A stretch of 64,000 nt of DNA from Mobula hypostoma (Eukaryota): contig NC_086097.1 of NCBI RefSeq assembly GCF_963921235.1, forward strand, positions 126,730,001 through 126,794,000, written 5' to 3'. Numbering within the stretch: position 1 is the first letter of the stretch; every line of letters starts with the position of its first letter. The translations under genes were made by a program, and so were the position numbers. Below, piece after piece: positions 12,376-24,874 of the stretch. The notes beneath the pieces were generated by a model that saw only the letters and a program-made list of their open reading frames with translations, was not told the DNA's origin and did no database searches.

Positions 12376-14350
12376 TTAAATTGTTTTATATAGTTTTATC
12401 ATCCATGGGGATTTTCCTAAAATCTAAGGAACACAGGAAGATGAAACCTGTGGTACAGGTAATGTCAGGTGTGCATTCCAAACTTCTTGGGTTATTTTCA
12501 CCAGTAACGTTTTATTACTTTTTTTCCCTTCTTCCTCCTTATTTTGCCATGTGGCTAAAATGCAAACTTTGTGAAAATGGCCCACTTGTCCTGTGCACAG
12601 TTCCTGCCTGTACTAATCTGCTCTGATGTGGAGCATCAGCCAGGCTGGTTCTCTGTACCTCAGATGAGCCCTGTGACTTGGAGAGGTTGCATTTCTGGGA
12701 GTAGACCTTAGGTGTCAGATGCTGCCAACAAAGACCCTTGGAGCTATGGCTGGAGAAATTTTTCTTTGGTGCATTGGAAGATGAGTGGATATCAGGTTCT
12801 AAAATTATGAGAGGCAAGCTGTTGGTTTTGTGAACAGGCTGCCAGAAGTGGTCATGCATCCAGCCGCCTTAAGAGGCTTTTAGATAGGCAAGTAAACATG
12901 TAGGGAATAGAGGATATGGATCGTGTGCAGGCAGAAGAGATTTGGTTTGATTTGGTATTGTGTTCATTGCAAGTTTGAAGGCTAAAGGTCCTGTCCTAGT
13001 GCTTTAATGTTCCACGCAAAAAGTTACATAATTAATAAGAAGTTTGATTGCACACATCTTTAAAGTGATAGAATGTATTTAAAAACAAAACAAATCAGTT
13101 AGATCACGACTTTATCGTAGTGCTGGTCATCTTCTAATCAATAAGGCCTCAGTTGCTTTGCAGACCAGTTGTAGGCTGAAGCCAAGGGGTTGGATATGAA
13201 TGTATCTGTCATCCATGTCCTGATGGTTCAGCTGCTGGACTTAACAGCATGTTCAGTTAGCATCTGATTTGTAACTTCCCTCAGATTTGACTGCTTATGC
13301 AGATATGTGACATGAGGTGAGCCAAGAACCTCAGATATATTGTTTTGTGGAACTACCAGCTGAAAGTAGACTCATTTTGGACCATACAGCAAGGCATCCA
13401 ACTGCTTTGCATGCCTCGGGATCAGAAGTAGAATCAAATTTATTTTCACTGTCTTATATGCTGTGAAATCTGTTGATTTGTGGCACCAGTACAGTGCAAA
13501 GTTGTAAAAATTAGTATTAATGGTAAATAGTATCTAAGACGTCTTCAAGGAGTGGTGCCTCAAAAAGGCAGCGTCCATCTTTGAAGACCCCCACCACACA
13601 GAACATGCCCTCTTCTCACTGTTACCATCAAGTGGGAGGTACAGAAGCCTGAAGGTACATACTCGGCGATTCAGGAACAGCTTCTTCCCCACCTGCCATC
13701 CAATTACTAAATGGACATTGAATCCATGAACACTACATCACAATTCTTAAAATTTCTGTTTTTGTCTTATTTAATATATATAGCCAGGTGGCTACACATC
13801 GAGGAAATGGAAGTCATCCAAAGAACGAGGGATAGATCTATCTGGAAAACCATGGTCACCACATCTGCTTCGGATATGGTACCTAGACAGACAGACACAT
13901 ATACTTAATGAAATTCGCAGTTCTTTCCTATATTTATCATGCATTGAATTATCCTGCTGCCACTAAGTTAACAAATTTCAAGACACGTGCTGGTGATAAT
14001 AAATCTGATTCTGATTCTCAAATAGAATGTTTCGATGTACATGTGACAAATAAAGCTCATCTTTAAATTTTTAATGGTAATGTTTGAAAAATAATAAGTA
14101 CTGTTCATGGACTGCTCAGAAATCTGGTGGTGGAAAAGAAGCTCTTTCTGTAAGGTGACCAGAAAATCCATGACATTGCTTGTTGCTGTGTTTTAGATTT
14201 GTGATACTATTTTAAGTGAGGAGTCACTGACTGATAATACTAAACTTCTCATGTTAACTGTGTGTCCAAGCCTTTCATTCTTACTTTCTTGTCTTAAATA
14301 CAAAGTTAAGCACTTTTTTTTAATGTTTCCTTTAATCTCATAACATTTAG

Positions 14351-14411
14351 GCAGAAATGTGTGACCCGTCATTTGCCTATGAGAACACTCTGGTACCTAC
14401 GTTTAAAATGG
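14351..14411 (+). CDS. SNRNP48: SNRNP48 exon 3
   Basis: TTTAG| AEMCDPSFAYENTLVPTFKM+G |GTAAGT; matches the DEMYNPEFFYEN region of the human protein; phase 0 to 1. Confidence 0.93.
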
Positions 14412-14639
14412 GTAAGTATAATGTCAGTGTTAAAGGAGAGTAACTTTATTGGCACAGCCATAATTTCTAAATTTAATAAGCATGTTGACAGTGTTAATGA
14501 GAATATGTTTATTGGCTTTGAGTTTAAAGATATGGATAGGTATAACTTAAGGTGATGAGTGTCAGTCTTAATCCTTCTCTGAGACCATTTCTAATGCATC
14601 CATCTGACACTTTTCTATTATGCTAGTAATCTAAAGGTT

Positions 14640-16630
14640 ATTCTCAACCACAAAAAGAGATGGGGAGGAATTGAAACATGTGCGGAGGAAAAGATCAAGG
14701 GGCTAAAGAGGAATACAGGAGAGAGCTGGAGAACAAGCTTGGCCAGAGTAGCACATGGGAGGTGTGGAGAGGCAGGAAGAACGTCACTGGCTTCAACCAG
14801 ACTAGCTGTAGAGCCTCAGAATGCAGCCGTGAATGGGCTAATGAGTTAAACCAATTCTTCAGTAGGTTTGACAATTGCCCTCCTGTTCACACCCCTCTCA
14901 GTACACCAATCCAGATGCCGAGGCACCCAGTGCTCCCTCAGCACCAACCCCTCCCCTCCTCCTCCCCCCTCCAGTTCAATACGTGGATGAGTAACACAGC
15001 TATCACTGTCTACATCCCCTCCTTACTCTGCACCTACCACCACACCTCCACATACCAATTGCTATCGTCCCATTCTTCACCTCCCCCTAGTCCCCTCCTT
15101 CTACCAACTCCCCAGTCACCATGGACTCCCCTTCACTGCTGAGCAGGTGAGAAGGATCTGGGAAACTCAGACACGGCAAAGCATTGGGACTGAGTGGTGT
15201 GAACCCCAAGGTCCTGAAGGAGAGTGCTGAGCAGTTGTGTGGAGTTCTCCAGCACATTTTCAATTGGAGTCTCAGCCTGGAAAGTGTCCTGACTCTGTTG
15301 AAGACATCATGTCCCAGTATCCAAAAAGGGCCAACCTAAAGTCTTGAATTACTACCGTATAGTGGCCCTGACCTCACACATCATGAAGACCCTAGAGAGG
15401 CTGGTCCTGGCTCACCTCCAACCCCTGGTTAGATCAGCCCTCGATCCCCCTGCATTTTGCCTACCAGCAGCACATTGGAGTTGATGATGCTGTCACCTAC
15501 CTGCTGAACAGGGTCTACTCCCATTTGGATAAGCAGGACAGCACTGAGAGGATCATGTTGTTTGATTTCTCAAGGGCCTTCAGTACCGTACAGTCCTCAT
15601 TGCTGGGTAAAGCTTTGTTCAATGCAGATTGGCACTTCCATTGTATCTTGGATAATGGACTACCTGACTGGCAGACCACAGTTTGTGTAGCTTCAGAGCT
15701 GTGTGTCAGACATGGCTATAAGCAGCACTGAGGCCCTAAAGGCTCCCTTCCTGTTTACCTGGGACTTCAGATTCAACACTGCTTCATGTCACCTGCAAAA
15801 GTTCTCTGATGACTCAATAGTAGTTGGGTGTATAAATGAAGAACAGGAGGATGAATACAGGGCCCTGGTGGAGGACTTTGCCAAATGGTGCAAGCTGAAT
15901 CATCTGCAGCTCAGCATCGGTAAGACAAAGGAGATGGTGATGGACCTTAGGAAGACTAAGCCTGCACTGCTTCCTGTTACTACAGATGGTGAGAGTGTGG
16001 ATGTGGTGAGGACCTGCAAGTACCTGGGGGTGCCCCGGATGACAGACTTGAGTGGAGCGCAAACACAGGGGCTGTGTACAAGAAGGGCCAAAGTCGCCTC
16101 TACTTCCTGAGGAGACTGAGGTCCTTTGGAGTATGCAGGCCTCTCCTTTACATGCTCTACTGGTCTGTTGTCACCAGGACAATCTTCTATGTGGTGGTGT
16201 AATGGGGAAATGGCATCAACATGGGTGATGCCAACAGGCTCAATAAACTGATTAGAAAGGCTGGCTCTGTTATAGGAGTCAAACTGGACACACTGGAGGC
16301 TGTGGTAGAACAAATGACCCTATGGAAAATGCTGAAATTCTGGACAATGTTTCTCACCCTCTGCATGCCACCTTGGCTGAACAGAGGAGCACTCTTAGTA
16401 ATAGATTAAGACAACTGTGCTGCTCCAAAGAGTGCTATATGAGATCGTTCTTACCCTCGGTCATTAGGCTCTTCTAATGAGTCAACTATAGCCAAAGAAG
16501 TGATGACCTCCTCCTTTTAGACTGTTTGAGGTAACTTGTTTATTATTCATTCTTTCTTCTAATATTTGTATATCTGTGTACTTGTAATGCTGCTATGACA
16601 CAGTAATTTCCTTTGGGGTTAATAAAATAT
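14640..16630 (+). mobile_element. Degenerate Rex/Babar-type LINE (intron 3)
   Basis: Fragments ANELNQFFSRFD, RIMLFDFSRAFSTVQ, QKFSDDSIVVG, KTKEMVMD, KYLGV; 3' AATAAA tail. Confidence 0.8.
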
Positions 16631-18488
16631 ATATTGACTTATCTATTAGAACTATATCTTTAAATTATCAGTAAACTCTTGAATTTATTGGATCAGTGTC
16701 AGGGGAAGTACTCTTTGAAGTTTGGAAAGTTGCATTTAGATAGGATGATGTGTCATTTTGAAAAGTGAGGTTGACTTTTTGCTGTCAGTAAGAGTCATCC
16801 TTTTGAATGACGGAATATGTCAAACAATCACACCCAACTTTCATTTTGGATTTCCTTAATGTCGTTGAGTGGCATGGTATGGAAAATAGTCCCTTTAGCC
16901 AAACCGGTCCACGCCTACTAAGATGCCCGCCCAAGCTAGTCGCTTCGGCAGCGTTTGGTGCATAACCCTCTAAATATTTCCTCTGCACGTTGCTAAGTTA
17001 CAATTAATTGGAGAGATGCAAGAAGCAGAAGTGCAAGTACAGATTCTATGAAATTACATACCTTGTAAAAGCTGACATTGTCTACCATTTCAAGTGCTCT
17101 GGATTTTCTTCCTTGCCTAGGCACATATAGGTAACTGAAGTGATTATGTATTTCCGATATTTATTATAAATATCAAAGGAGACTTCATTTAAGACAAAAG
17201 ACTTCAAGTTCATTTTGCATTTCATATACCTGCTTAAACAATTTACAAAGTGCGAAGCCATTACACTTCAGCATACAAAAGTGGGGATGGTGGTCAGTCC
17301 TCATTTCTTTGCACACAACAGCAAAGATATGATAATTGATGGAGGAGTATTTCACAAAATTTGCAGTATAATAGGATATTATTAAGTTCCGGAGATAATT
17401 TCGTGTCTGTCAGTACCTCAGTGAATTAGATAACGCTTTGTCTGATTACCCAGTGGAATTTGCATCCATCTGGCAAGAAATCTGATTGTCTGCCTGCCTT
17501 TATGATTCCTTCATTAGTGCAAATTCCAGTACAGTAGCTCTACTAGTCCATGCCTTGTCACGTTCTCATAAAAAACTCATGAAAATTCAGCACCATTTTT
17601 ATTTTTTCGAAGTTCTTCACAGCAAAATGAATCTGCATGAAAAGCCACTTCACAGGGTTACAATATAAACAAAGGACCACAGCATGACAAATGTAACTGT
17701 GTTATACACCAGCTGATTGTTTTGCTATTTCTGTTAAGATTCAACAACTTCTGCAACTTCAGTAGTTCTGTGTGAAGTAATATTTGACAGCTAAACCATA
17801 CATAACTGAACTACTGTTATCAATTATTAAGAGAATTTGACTCTTGCAAGTGGTGATTTGCATTTGGCAATCTGATGGGCCAGTGATACAGTGCTTGTAA
17901 TGCGTGTAATAGGTTTTCTTGGAATGCTAGTTTATCCTGCTTCCATTGGGGGAAAATCCACTTGTGCTTCTTTTAAGTTTTAGTATTTGACCTCAAGAAT
18001 ATGAATAATTTTGGAAGTTGTCATATTGTTTCATAGAATTAGATCACACAGTATGGAGGTTTGAGCTTTAACTGTTGCTTGCATGGAGCATACCTTTATG
18101 CCTTTTTGTTTTGGCTTGAGAAAGATGATCCAACTGCTTTTCACATACAGTATGGGAATAAATTTCTTGTTTAATATGCTCTTAAACTCTTAATTTCAGT
18201 TGAAAATAATGTTCAAATATAATTTAAAATAGATGGCCTAAAGCTGCACTCCTACTTCCATTCAGAAGTCTAAAAATCTGTCATTATTTTCCTTAAAATA
18301 TCTTATCAACAGTTTTTAGTCTGTTCTTATGGACTTGTAAAGCTACCATTGGGAATCTACACCAATTCACAGACCACTGTTGAGGAACACTGTTCCAGAG
18401 TATCCCTTTATGATTATCTGATTTGTTCATTTCTTGTGTTTATGTTACATGTTGTACAAAAAGGCCTTTATTATCTTGTTCTATTTAG

Positions 18489-18569
18489 ACAAAGATTTGC
18501 AAACTCGGATTATACATGAAGCAAGAAGTAAAGCTCCACTTGGAAAAGAAGAGAGAGCATATTCACAAA
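18489..18569 (+). CDS. SNRNP48: SNRNP48 exon 4
   Basis: TTTAG| (D)KDLQTRIIHEARSKAPLGKEERAYSQ |GTATGT; similar to human NKDSQFQIIKQAR; phase 1 to 1. Confidence 0.92.
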
Positions 18570-19865
18570 GTATGTGAAAAACTTTATTTTCTGCTATTTT
18601 TCACCCAACATATGATTACAATGTAAAGTTGATGTTGTCTACTGGCACTCCTACTGATAGTGCCTCTTCAAAATAATCACCTTGAAATAGTTATTTTTGT
18701 CTGTAATTTATAAACTGGAGCTTCAGTTATTTCAGTGATTATATAGTTTACTTTCAGTCACTAAATTGAATCGTGTCTGTGATATTGCACACAATGAATG
18801 AAATACCAATATGGACATTAGGAATAAAAGTACACCAGGCCCATTAACGACGAGTCTGCCCACTAGATGTAAACTGTTACGTGACTGTCGTCTGTCAGTT
18901 GAGGGAGATGAATATTGTGTATAATCAAATTTGGGAAATTTTTCTGGAATACAGGTGACTATTTCATACAGTTCGTTATTGGATTTGTGGTATACTTTTC
19001 TCCATTTTCCTCCGGGTATTAGGAATATCTAAGAGGCTTTTGATGTTGGGTCATTTGAAGCTCAAGATTAATAGATTTCTTTTGGGTTGGGGTACTTAAG
19101 AAGCAACTTTTCCAGCTGTACAGCAGAATAGGCTTGAAAGGTTAAATGATAGGCTGGTGGATCTTTAATCTCACGTGCAGAACTAGCGCCAATCTGAAAT
19201 CACCATCCCCATCTGTTACAGTGACTGCATTGGACACAGATTTCTGGCACAATTTCTGCATCCTTTCAGTAGCTTTGTCTGGAACTGAGAAATATATGAT
19301 TTTATTTGAACAATAATATCTTGAATGTCAAATATATTTTCTCAAGTATTACTGTTGTATTAAATTGAATATTATTCTAATATTCATTTTTACTATATTC
19401 CCTTGAGGGTTTAAAATGAATTGATACTTTATTGGTGACACTTAGAGGTTCAATTTTTTTCCTGATTTGAAGATCCTCGGTTTACTTGATATAATTTATC
19501 GATCACATTTAAATAACCAAAGAAGCAAATTGTAGGATTTAAAGTTGTTCACATGTAATTGCATTTTAATACTGTAACCTGTTAATGATGAACCCTTGAT
19601 AATTAATTAATCTTTGTTTTAATTTATCCTGGCTGATATTGAAGATTGCCCTTAGTATGATCTTAATTGAAATTATTAGTCTGCTAAAATTAAAATAAAG
19701 GTAACACGTGTATGCAAGGGTAAAAGACTGTTGAACTAGAATATTTTGTAATACATTTTGTTTCTTTAAAATGCCTAATGCCTTTGAACACCATGACTCA
19801 GTTTTCTTCATGAGGTGGTACAGAATGCTGTATACGGAATTTTTGCTTTCATCAGTCAGCACTAA

Positions 19866-21127
19866 CACTGGGCAGCAGCTTTTTTGAAAGTGTTGCTTCC
19901 TCAGTGGTTACAATAGACTGCTTAAAGCTGAACACAAATATAATTTCAGACTACTTGTATCATGTAGGAATTTGGAGAAACAAGAAATTAACTTTTATTG
20001 AATATAATGCATTTAACTGCGTAACAGTGCTGATGTTTTGCAGTATTCAACTAACCTAAAAAATGTTGATGATTTTCATTTGTACTCAGTGTCTGAGGCT
20101 TCTTACTTAAGTGTCCAACAATAATCAACCAGCATTGATGGTTTCCAGTTGCCCTGATGCTGTTTTTCCATGACATAAGGTCCTGGTGAAACCTTTCAGT
20201 GTGCTCGTCACTGACAGCACCAAGGTTTACAGGGAAGAACTCTAAATGGAAGTGCAGAAAATGAATCTTTAGTGACATGTTACATTTCATGGTTTTGTAT
20301 GCTTGAAGCATGTTGTCAATCAGCCGCATGTAGTTTGGTGCTCTGCAGTTGCCAAGAAAAATTTCAACTACATCCTTGGATACTTCCCCTGCGATTTTCT
20401 ACACACAGACACACTCTCTGTCTCTGTCTCTGAGACAACAAAAATGCCTGCCTTAATTTTAGCATCAGTTATTCTGGGAAACATCTGTCTTAAATATTGA
20501 AATCCTTCTTTCTTGTTCATCGCTTTCACAAAATTTTTCATAAGCCCCATTTTTGTATGATGAGGAGGCAAAAATATATTTGGTTCTACAAGTATCTTAT
20601 GTGCCACCCTTTTTACCCTGGAACCACCTTTACGGAGTGGCCAATCCTGTCCCATTTGCAAATGAAACAACAGTACTTGCTGTATCAGAGCTTCATGCCC
20701 AGTAGCAACACTGCTACTTTCAGATCACCACAAACGTTCCAGTTGTAGCTGCTGTACTATATCTATTTCAACAAGACTTCCAAATTCTGGTGGCTTTCTT
20801 TCATGTGTACTGCATTGCTGATTGGTATTGAAGGGTGGACACTGCAGCTGTGTAGCAGCTTAGCTTTCAGGCTTGACTGTGAAGAATCAATAAAAGACAC
20901 CATTGTTGTGGTCATGCTGGCAGCCCAAAGCATGACCAGGCATGCCTGGACAAGGTAGAAAACTTTTCAGCTTATATTGTGGGCAACATTTTAATTGACT
21001 TGAATTATGAATTGAAATAACAAATAGAGGCAATTCCAAAAAATTGTGCACGATGGGGAACTTTCATGGTGATTTTCATGATCAGCATCTAAAAGTATTC
21101 AGGAAGCAAAATCTTTGTTGTCCAGTG
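19866..21127 (-). mobile_element. Internally deleted CMC/Chapaev3-like DNA transposon (intron 4)
   Basis: Transposase remnants LPP.H.K.GLMKNFVKAM and MSLKIHFLH.HL.FFP.NLGAVSDEH.ERFHQD; termini CACTG..CAGTG with imperfect TIRs; 3-bp TAA TSD (19863-19865, 21128-21130). Confidence 0.8.
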
Positions 21128-21383
21128 TAAATATTTAGTGTATAGGACTGATATAATTAACAGAACAAAGATCACTTTTTCTCATTGACACTCACAGTTA
21201 AGAAAGGAGGCTCGAGATAACTGGAAATCATTGTTCTTGTAAACCTGGAACTGTTGCTGAGCCATGGTGAGGAATAAGAGTTCCTCATTTGTTCCATCAA
21301 ATGGTTTGCTTTATTGAAGGACTATAAATTTAAGTGCTTACTCAATATATTTCTTTTTAAAAAATGGGTGATATTGTTTAGGA

Positions 21384-21460
21384 CAGGGGTTCCCAACTTG
21401 GGGTCCACAAATCACTCAATGGTATTGGTCCATGGCATAAAAAAGGGTTGGGAACCTCTG
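21384..21460. mobile_element. hAT-Charlie-like mini MITE
   Basis: TIR CAGGGGTTCCCAAC; 8-bp TSD GTTTAGGA/GTTTAGAA. Confidence 0.8.
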
Positions 21461-21582
21461 GTTTAGAATAAAAATATGTAATTATTCATTTTGTTTTACC
21501 ATGTGGTATAAAGCTCCACTCCCACAATGTTCTCAATTGCAACATTTTCTCCTGAAAGTGTCTTACTTGCAGATGTAACCAG

Positions 21583-22003
21583 CAATGCTCCCTCTAAGGT
21601 GTGTATGTGTGCATGCACACATTTCTTTTGCTACTAACACACAAAGGAGTTGCACAAAGAATTTATATGGTGATGGACTTTAGGATCCAGGGGAGCCAGG
21701 GAGTTCAGGAACCACCGCCCACGGCTGCTGCTGAGTCCTGAGTCAGGAGTAAGTCGGTGTAAATATATATTTGCAGAGAGTGAAATAAACATGATTTGAG
21801 AATTATCGATCCATTAATTTTAATGTGTTAACGGCATTGCCAACTGAGCAGAAATACTGCAATTCAGCAGTAGCCGCGGGCGGCAGTTTCTGAGCACCCC
21901 CAGGTCCTGAAGTCTGTCCTCATGAGGCAAATTGTTTGTGCAATTCCTTTATGCTCTGTTAACAAAAGATGCGTGTGTGGCAAACACCTTGGAGGGAACA
22001 TTG
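21583..22003. mobile_element. hAT-like MITE with long imperfect TIRs
   Basis: CAATGCTCCCTCTAAG.. / ..CTTGGAGGGAACATTG; perfect 8-bp TSD GTAACCAG (21575-21582, 22004-22011). Confidence 0.85.
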
Positions 22004-22113
22004 GTAACCAGTTATTAACTATCTTAAAACAGCTATACATATGATATGGCATACAAGTCACTCCCTGAAATAAAGCCATGCTAGATGTTTATGTATTGGA
22101 TCTCAGTCTAGGT

Positions 22114-22192
22114 CAGGGGTTCCCAATCTGGGGTCCAAGGACACCTCAGTTAATGGTAGGAGTCCATAGGATAAAAAGGTTGGGAACCCTTG
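22114..22192. mobile_element. hAT-Charlie-like mini MITE (second copy)
   Basis: Same TIR as the 21384 copy; TSD GTCTAGGT/GTTTAGGT. Confidence 0.8.
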
Positions 22193-22488
22193 GTTTAGGT
22201 GAATAAATCAGCAATTTAAATATAGAAAATATATACATCTGTGCAAAAATACAATTGGCTTGGTACCCTTTCATTTAATGATCGCAGCTTTTGGCCATGG
22301 GTGTAATTTAACTTGTTTTATATCAGCTATTAACTTTTAGTTCCTGTAACCAATTATAAACTTTAGGTGATGCATAATAGTTACACTGTTACAGTGACAG
22401 CCAACTAAATTGTAATTATGCACGTTTCATTAAATATTTAACTCATTTTGAATATGATAATTTAAACTTTTTGGTTTTTCTCTTTCAG

Positions 22489-22496
22489 TAACAGGG
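22489..22496 (+). other. SNRNP48: 8-nt poison micro-exon in SNRNP48 intron 4
   Basis: Strong pyrimidine tract TTTTTCTCTTTCAG|TAACAGGG|GTGAGT; inclusion shifts exon 5 into a frame with TAA at 24746-24748. Confidence 0.85.
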
Positions 22497-22584
22497 GTGA
22501 GTATATTTGACAGAGGAATGATGAACATGAAAGAATGTTCTCCTCATGTACAGATTTGCACAGAATTTTACTTGATGTCATACA

Positions 22585-22612
22585 GTATCCTTTTAATATT
22601 ATTATATCCTTT
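22585..22612 (+). promoter_or_regulatory. USSE (U11 snRNP-binding splicing enhancer): tandem U12-type 5' splice-site motifs
   Basis: GTATCCTTT (22585-22593) and ATATCCTTT (22604-22612), both perfect matches to RTATCCTTT, in intron 4 of SNRNP48 where the element is known in other vertebrates. Confidence 0.93.
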
Positions 22613-24685
22613 AAAAATGAACCATAAGCGGACTGGTTAAATAAAATTTCAGATTTTCTTAAGAGTTATTGATCTTTGCTTAATGTTTTCTGAGTGGACC
22701 TTTTTAAACCCAATTTCTTTGCATTAAAATACTTCATCCTAGCAGGCCTGTACTTTGGTGGTTTGCTGTATCTGATTTCATTATCTGGGGGAATAAAAGT
22801 TGAGATTAATTACTTAATTTTCAGTGAGTTTTTTTGCTGCACAAAGCTACTGCTAAAAAATTAAAATAACTTTAAAAAGGATATCTTTAAAAGTTAGAGA
22901 AAAATGAAATTCTTATTGTGATGGAGGAGCTTAGAAAAGTACAGAGATTTAAAAACCAGGTCATTTTGGAATCAGGGGCCAGTATAGGCCAGTAAATGAT
23001 GGATGGTCAGGATATGAGCTATGAAGTATTGGGTGAATTTTCCTTTTTGAAAAAAGGAGATGCAGGTGGGGGAGAAATGGGGTACGAAATGAACAGTGAG
23101 TAATTGGATCTAGATGAGAGTTTCAGTAGCCAATGAGCTGAAAAAGGTAATAAGAAGCTGGAAGAATAATTCCTACTGGAGAAGTTAGGGGTTCAAGCTC
23201 TCCTCTAGTGTACATAGAATGCCCTAGTTGGAAACAATTTTTGTTTTATTCTGATTAAAACATCCAGAGAGATGTTTTAATAAATAAGCAATAATGAAGG
23301 TAAGTATGTCTTGCATACATTAGTGGTACATGTTTCATTGCCAGTAGTTAACAGATTGTAAATGCTTTTTAAGTAAGTAGTTAAATGTTGAGTATTTAAT
23401 CTCAATGATGCAATTCTTAAGGTGGAATATTTAACATTGTTGACTGATCTGCCATCCCAAGTGTATACCAAACCTAGTTTTAAGTTTTAGGATCAATAAT
23501 TGGATTTGCTTTTCTGTGTGACTTTTATCTCTATCTTCAGTGCTTTTTGCAGACCTTTTGTGATTTGTAATTTAATATGACATTGAATCATATTGCTCAC
23601 TTTTTAACCAGATTTTTTAAGCTTCATTTAACAGATTTGGTTTGACTTCAGTTCTTTTTTGTTCTACGAAACCTTTTGAACTTAAATCTTCAGCAATAAG
23701 ATTTTTTTATTGTGAGCTGTTTAAATTTAATTGTTTTAAATTCATTATGTAAAATGAATTGTAAAAATCTAGATTTTTTTTCAGAATGTGTACTTGCTGC
23801 ATTTCTTTATAACCACTTGTTACCTAGGCTTTCTTATGCATAGTCATGGCTACCTCTTCACTTGTCCTTTGGCTAAATTGGAAGTTGACTTAATTTTTAC
23901 CAGGTTGTAATTAATCCAGTAAAATGCTAACGTCGATGATTCTTGTATAGATGTCACAATGACTCCCAGACTTCTGAAGCAATTTGATGCATGGAACCAC
24001 CACCTCAGTACTAAATTGTCTTGAAATGATTCTCATCTGTGATACCACTGTATAAATAATGCAGAAGTTTCACTCTTGGCTGGAAAATCTAATGGCTTTG
24101 TAAAGCTGTCAAGTTTTCCTTTATTTGATTTCTGGTAAGAGCTGACCAATGCAGGCAGACCTCAGGTCAGATGTGTATCAGTTACCATCCTCAGTTTGGT
24201 CCTTGTAATTGGAAGTGTACTGACAGGAGGTTGCAGACTTCTTGCCCGCAATTTCTGAAGATGTACTCCAGGCCCCCATTAATTCTTGATGGAGTGATCT
24301 AAACTTTGAATGAATTGGGAGAAGACGTTCCAGTTGAAAATAGCATCCTAATTGAGGACCTCAAGTTGGTGGCTCTGTTCAAGAGATGACAACTTCATTG
24401 TTTTTAGGCAACTTTGTTGTTTTGTTGTTTCTAATATCCAGATAATTGTGTTGATAACACTACAAGAGTTGTGAGTTTTTTAAGATGTAGTCTTTGGAAA
24501 GATACTTATAGATAACTAGATATCTTCAGAGATATAATTCAGTAATTGCAAAAAAAAATATGAGAATTGGGGGTTTTAGCAGTACACAGTAGTCTATTTT
24601 CCAATAATCGAAGTTATATACTTGCAAATTTTTTGGAAATTATGTGAAGTTTAGGAGTAATTAAATAAATTGTTAATATGCATAG

Positions 24686-24874
24686 GTGATTATTCTTCAG
24701 TACCTCTTGAAGTTCCTGAGAATCATCAACATTCCATCTGTGACCTAACTCCTGCGGATCGCCTGGCTATTTATGAGCATGTCATCAAAGAAACCAGTCA
24801 GCAAAAAAACAAATCGAGGTCCTTTGAAAATGACAGTGATTTGTACGTGGACCTTGCTGCAAAGCTCAGCCAAG
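24686..24874 (+). CDS. SNRNP48: SNRNP48 exon 5
   Basis: (S)DYSSVPLEVPENH..CDLTPADRLAIYEHV..ENDSDLYVDLAAKLSQ |GTATGT; phase 1 to 1. Confidence 0.96.

Noticed and set aside
18400..18409. GTATCCCTTT in intron 3, resembling a U12 5'ss
   Set aside because: Single, mismatched, and lacking a partner motif or associated acceptor
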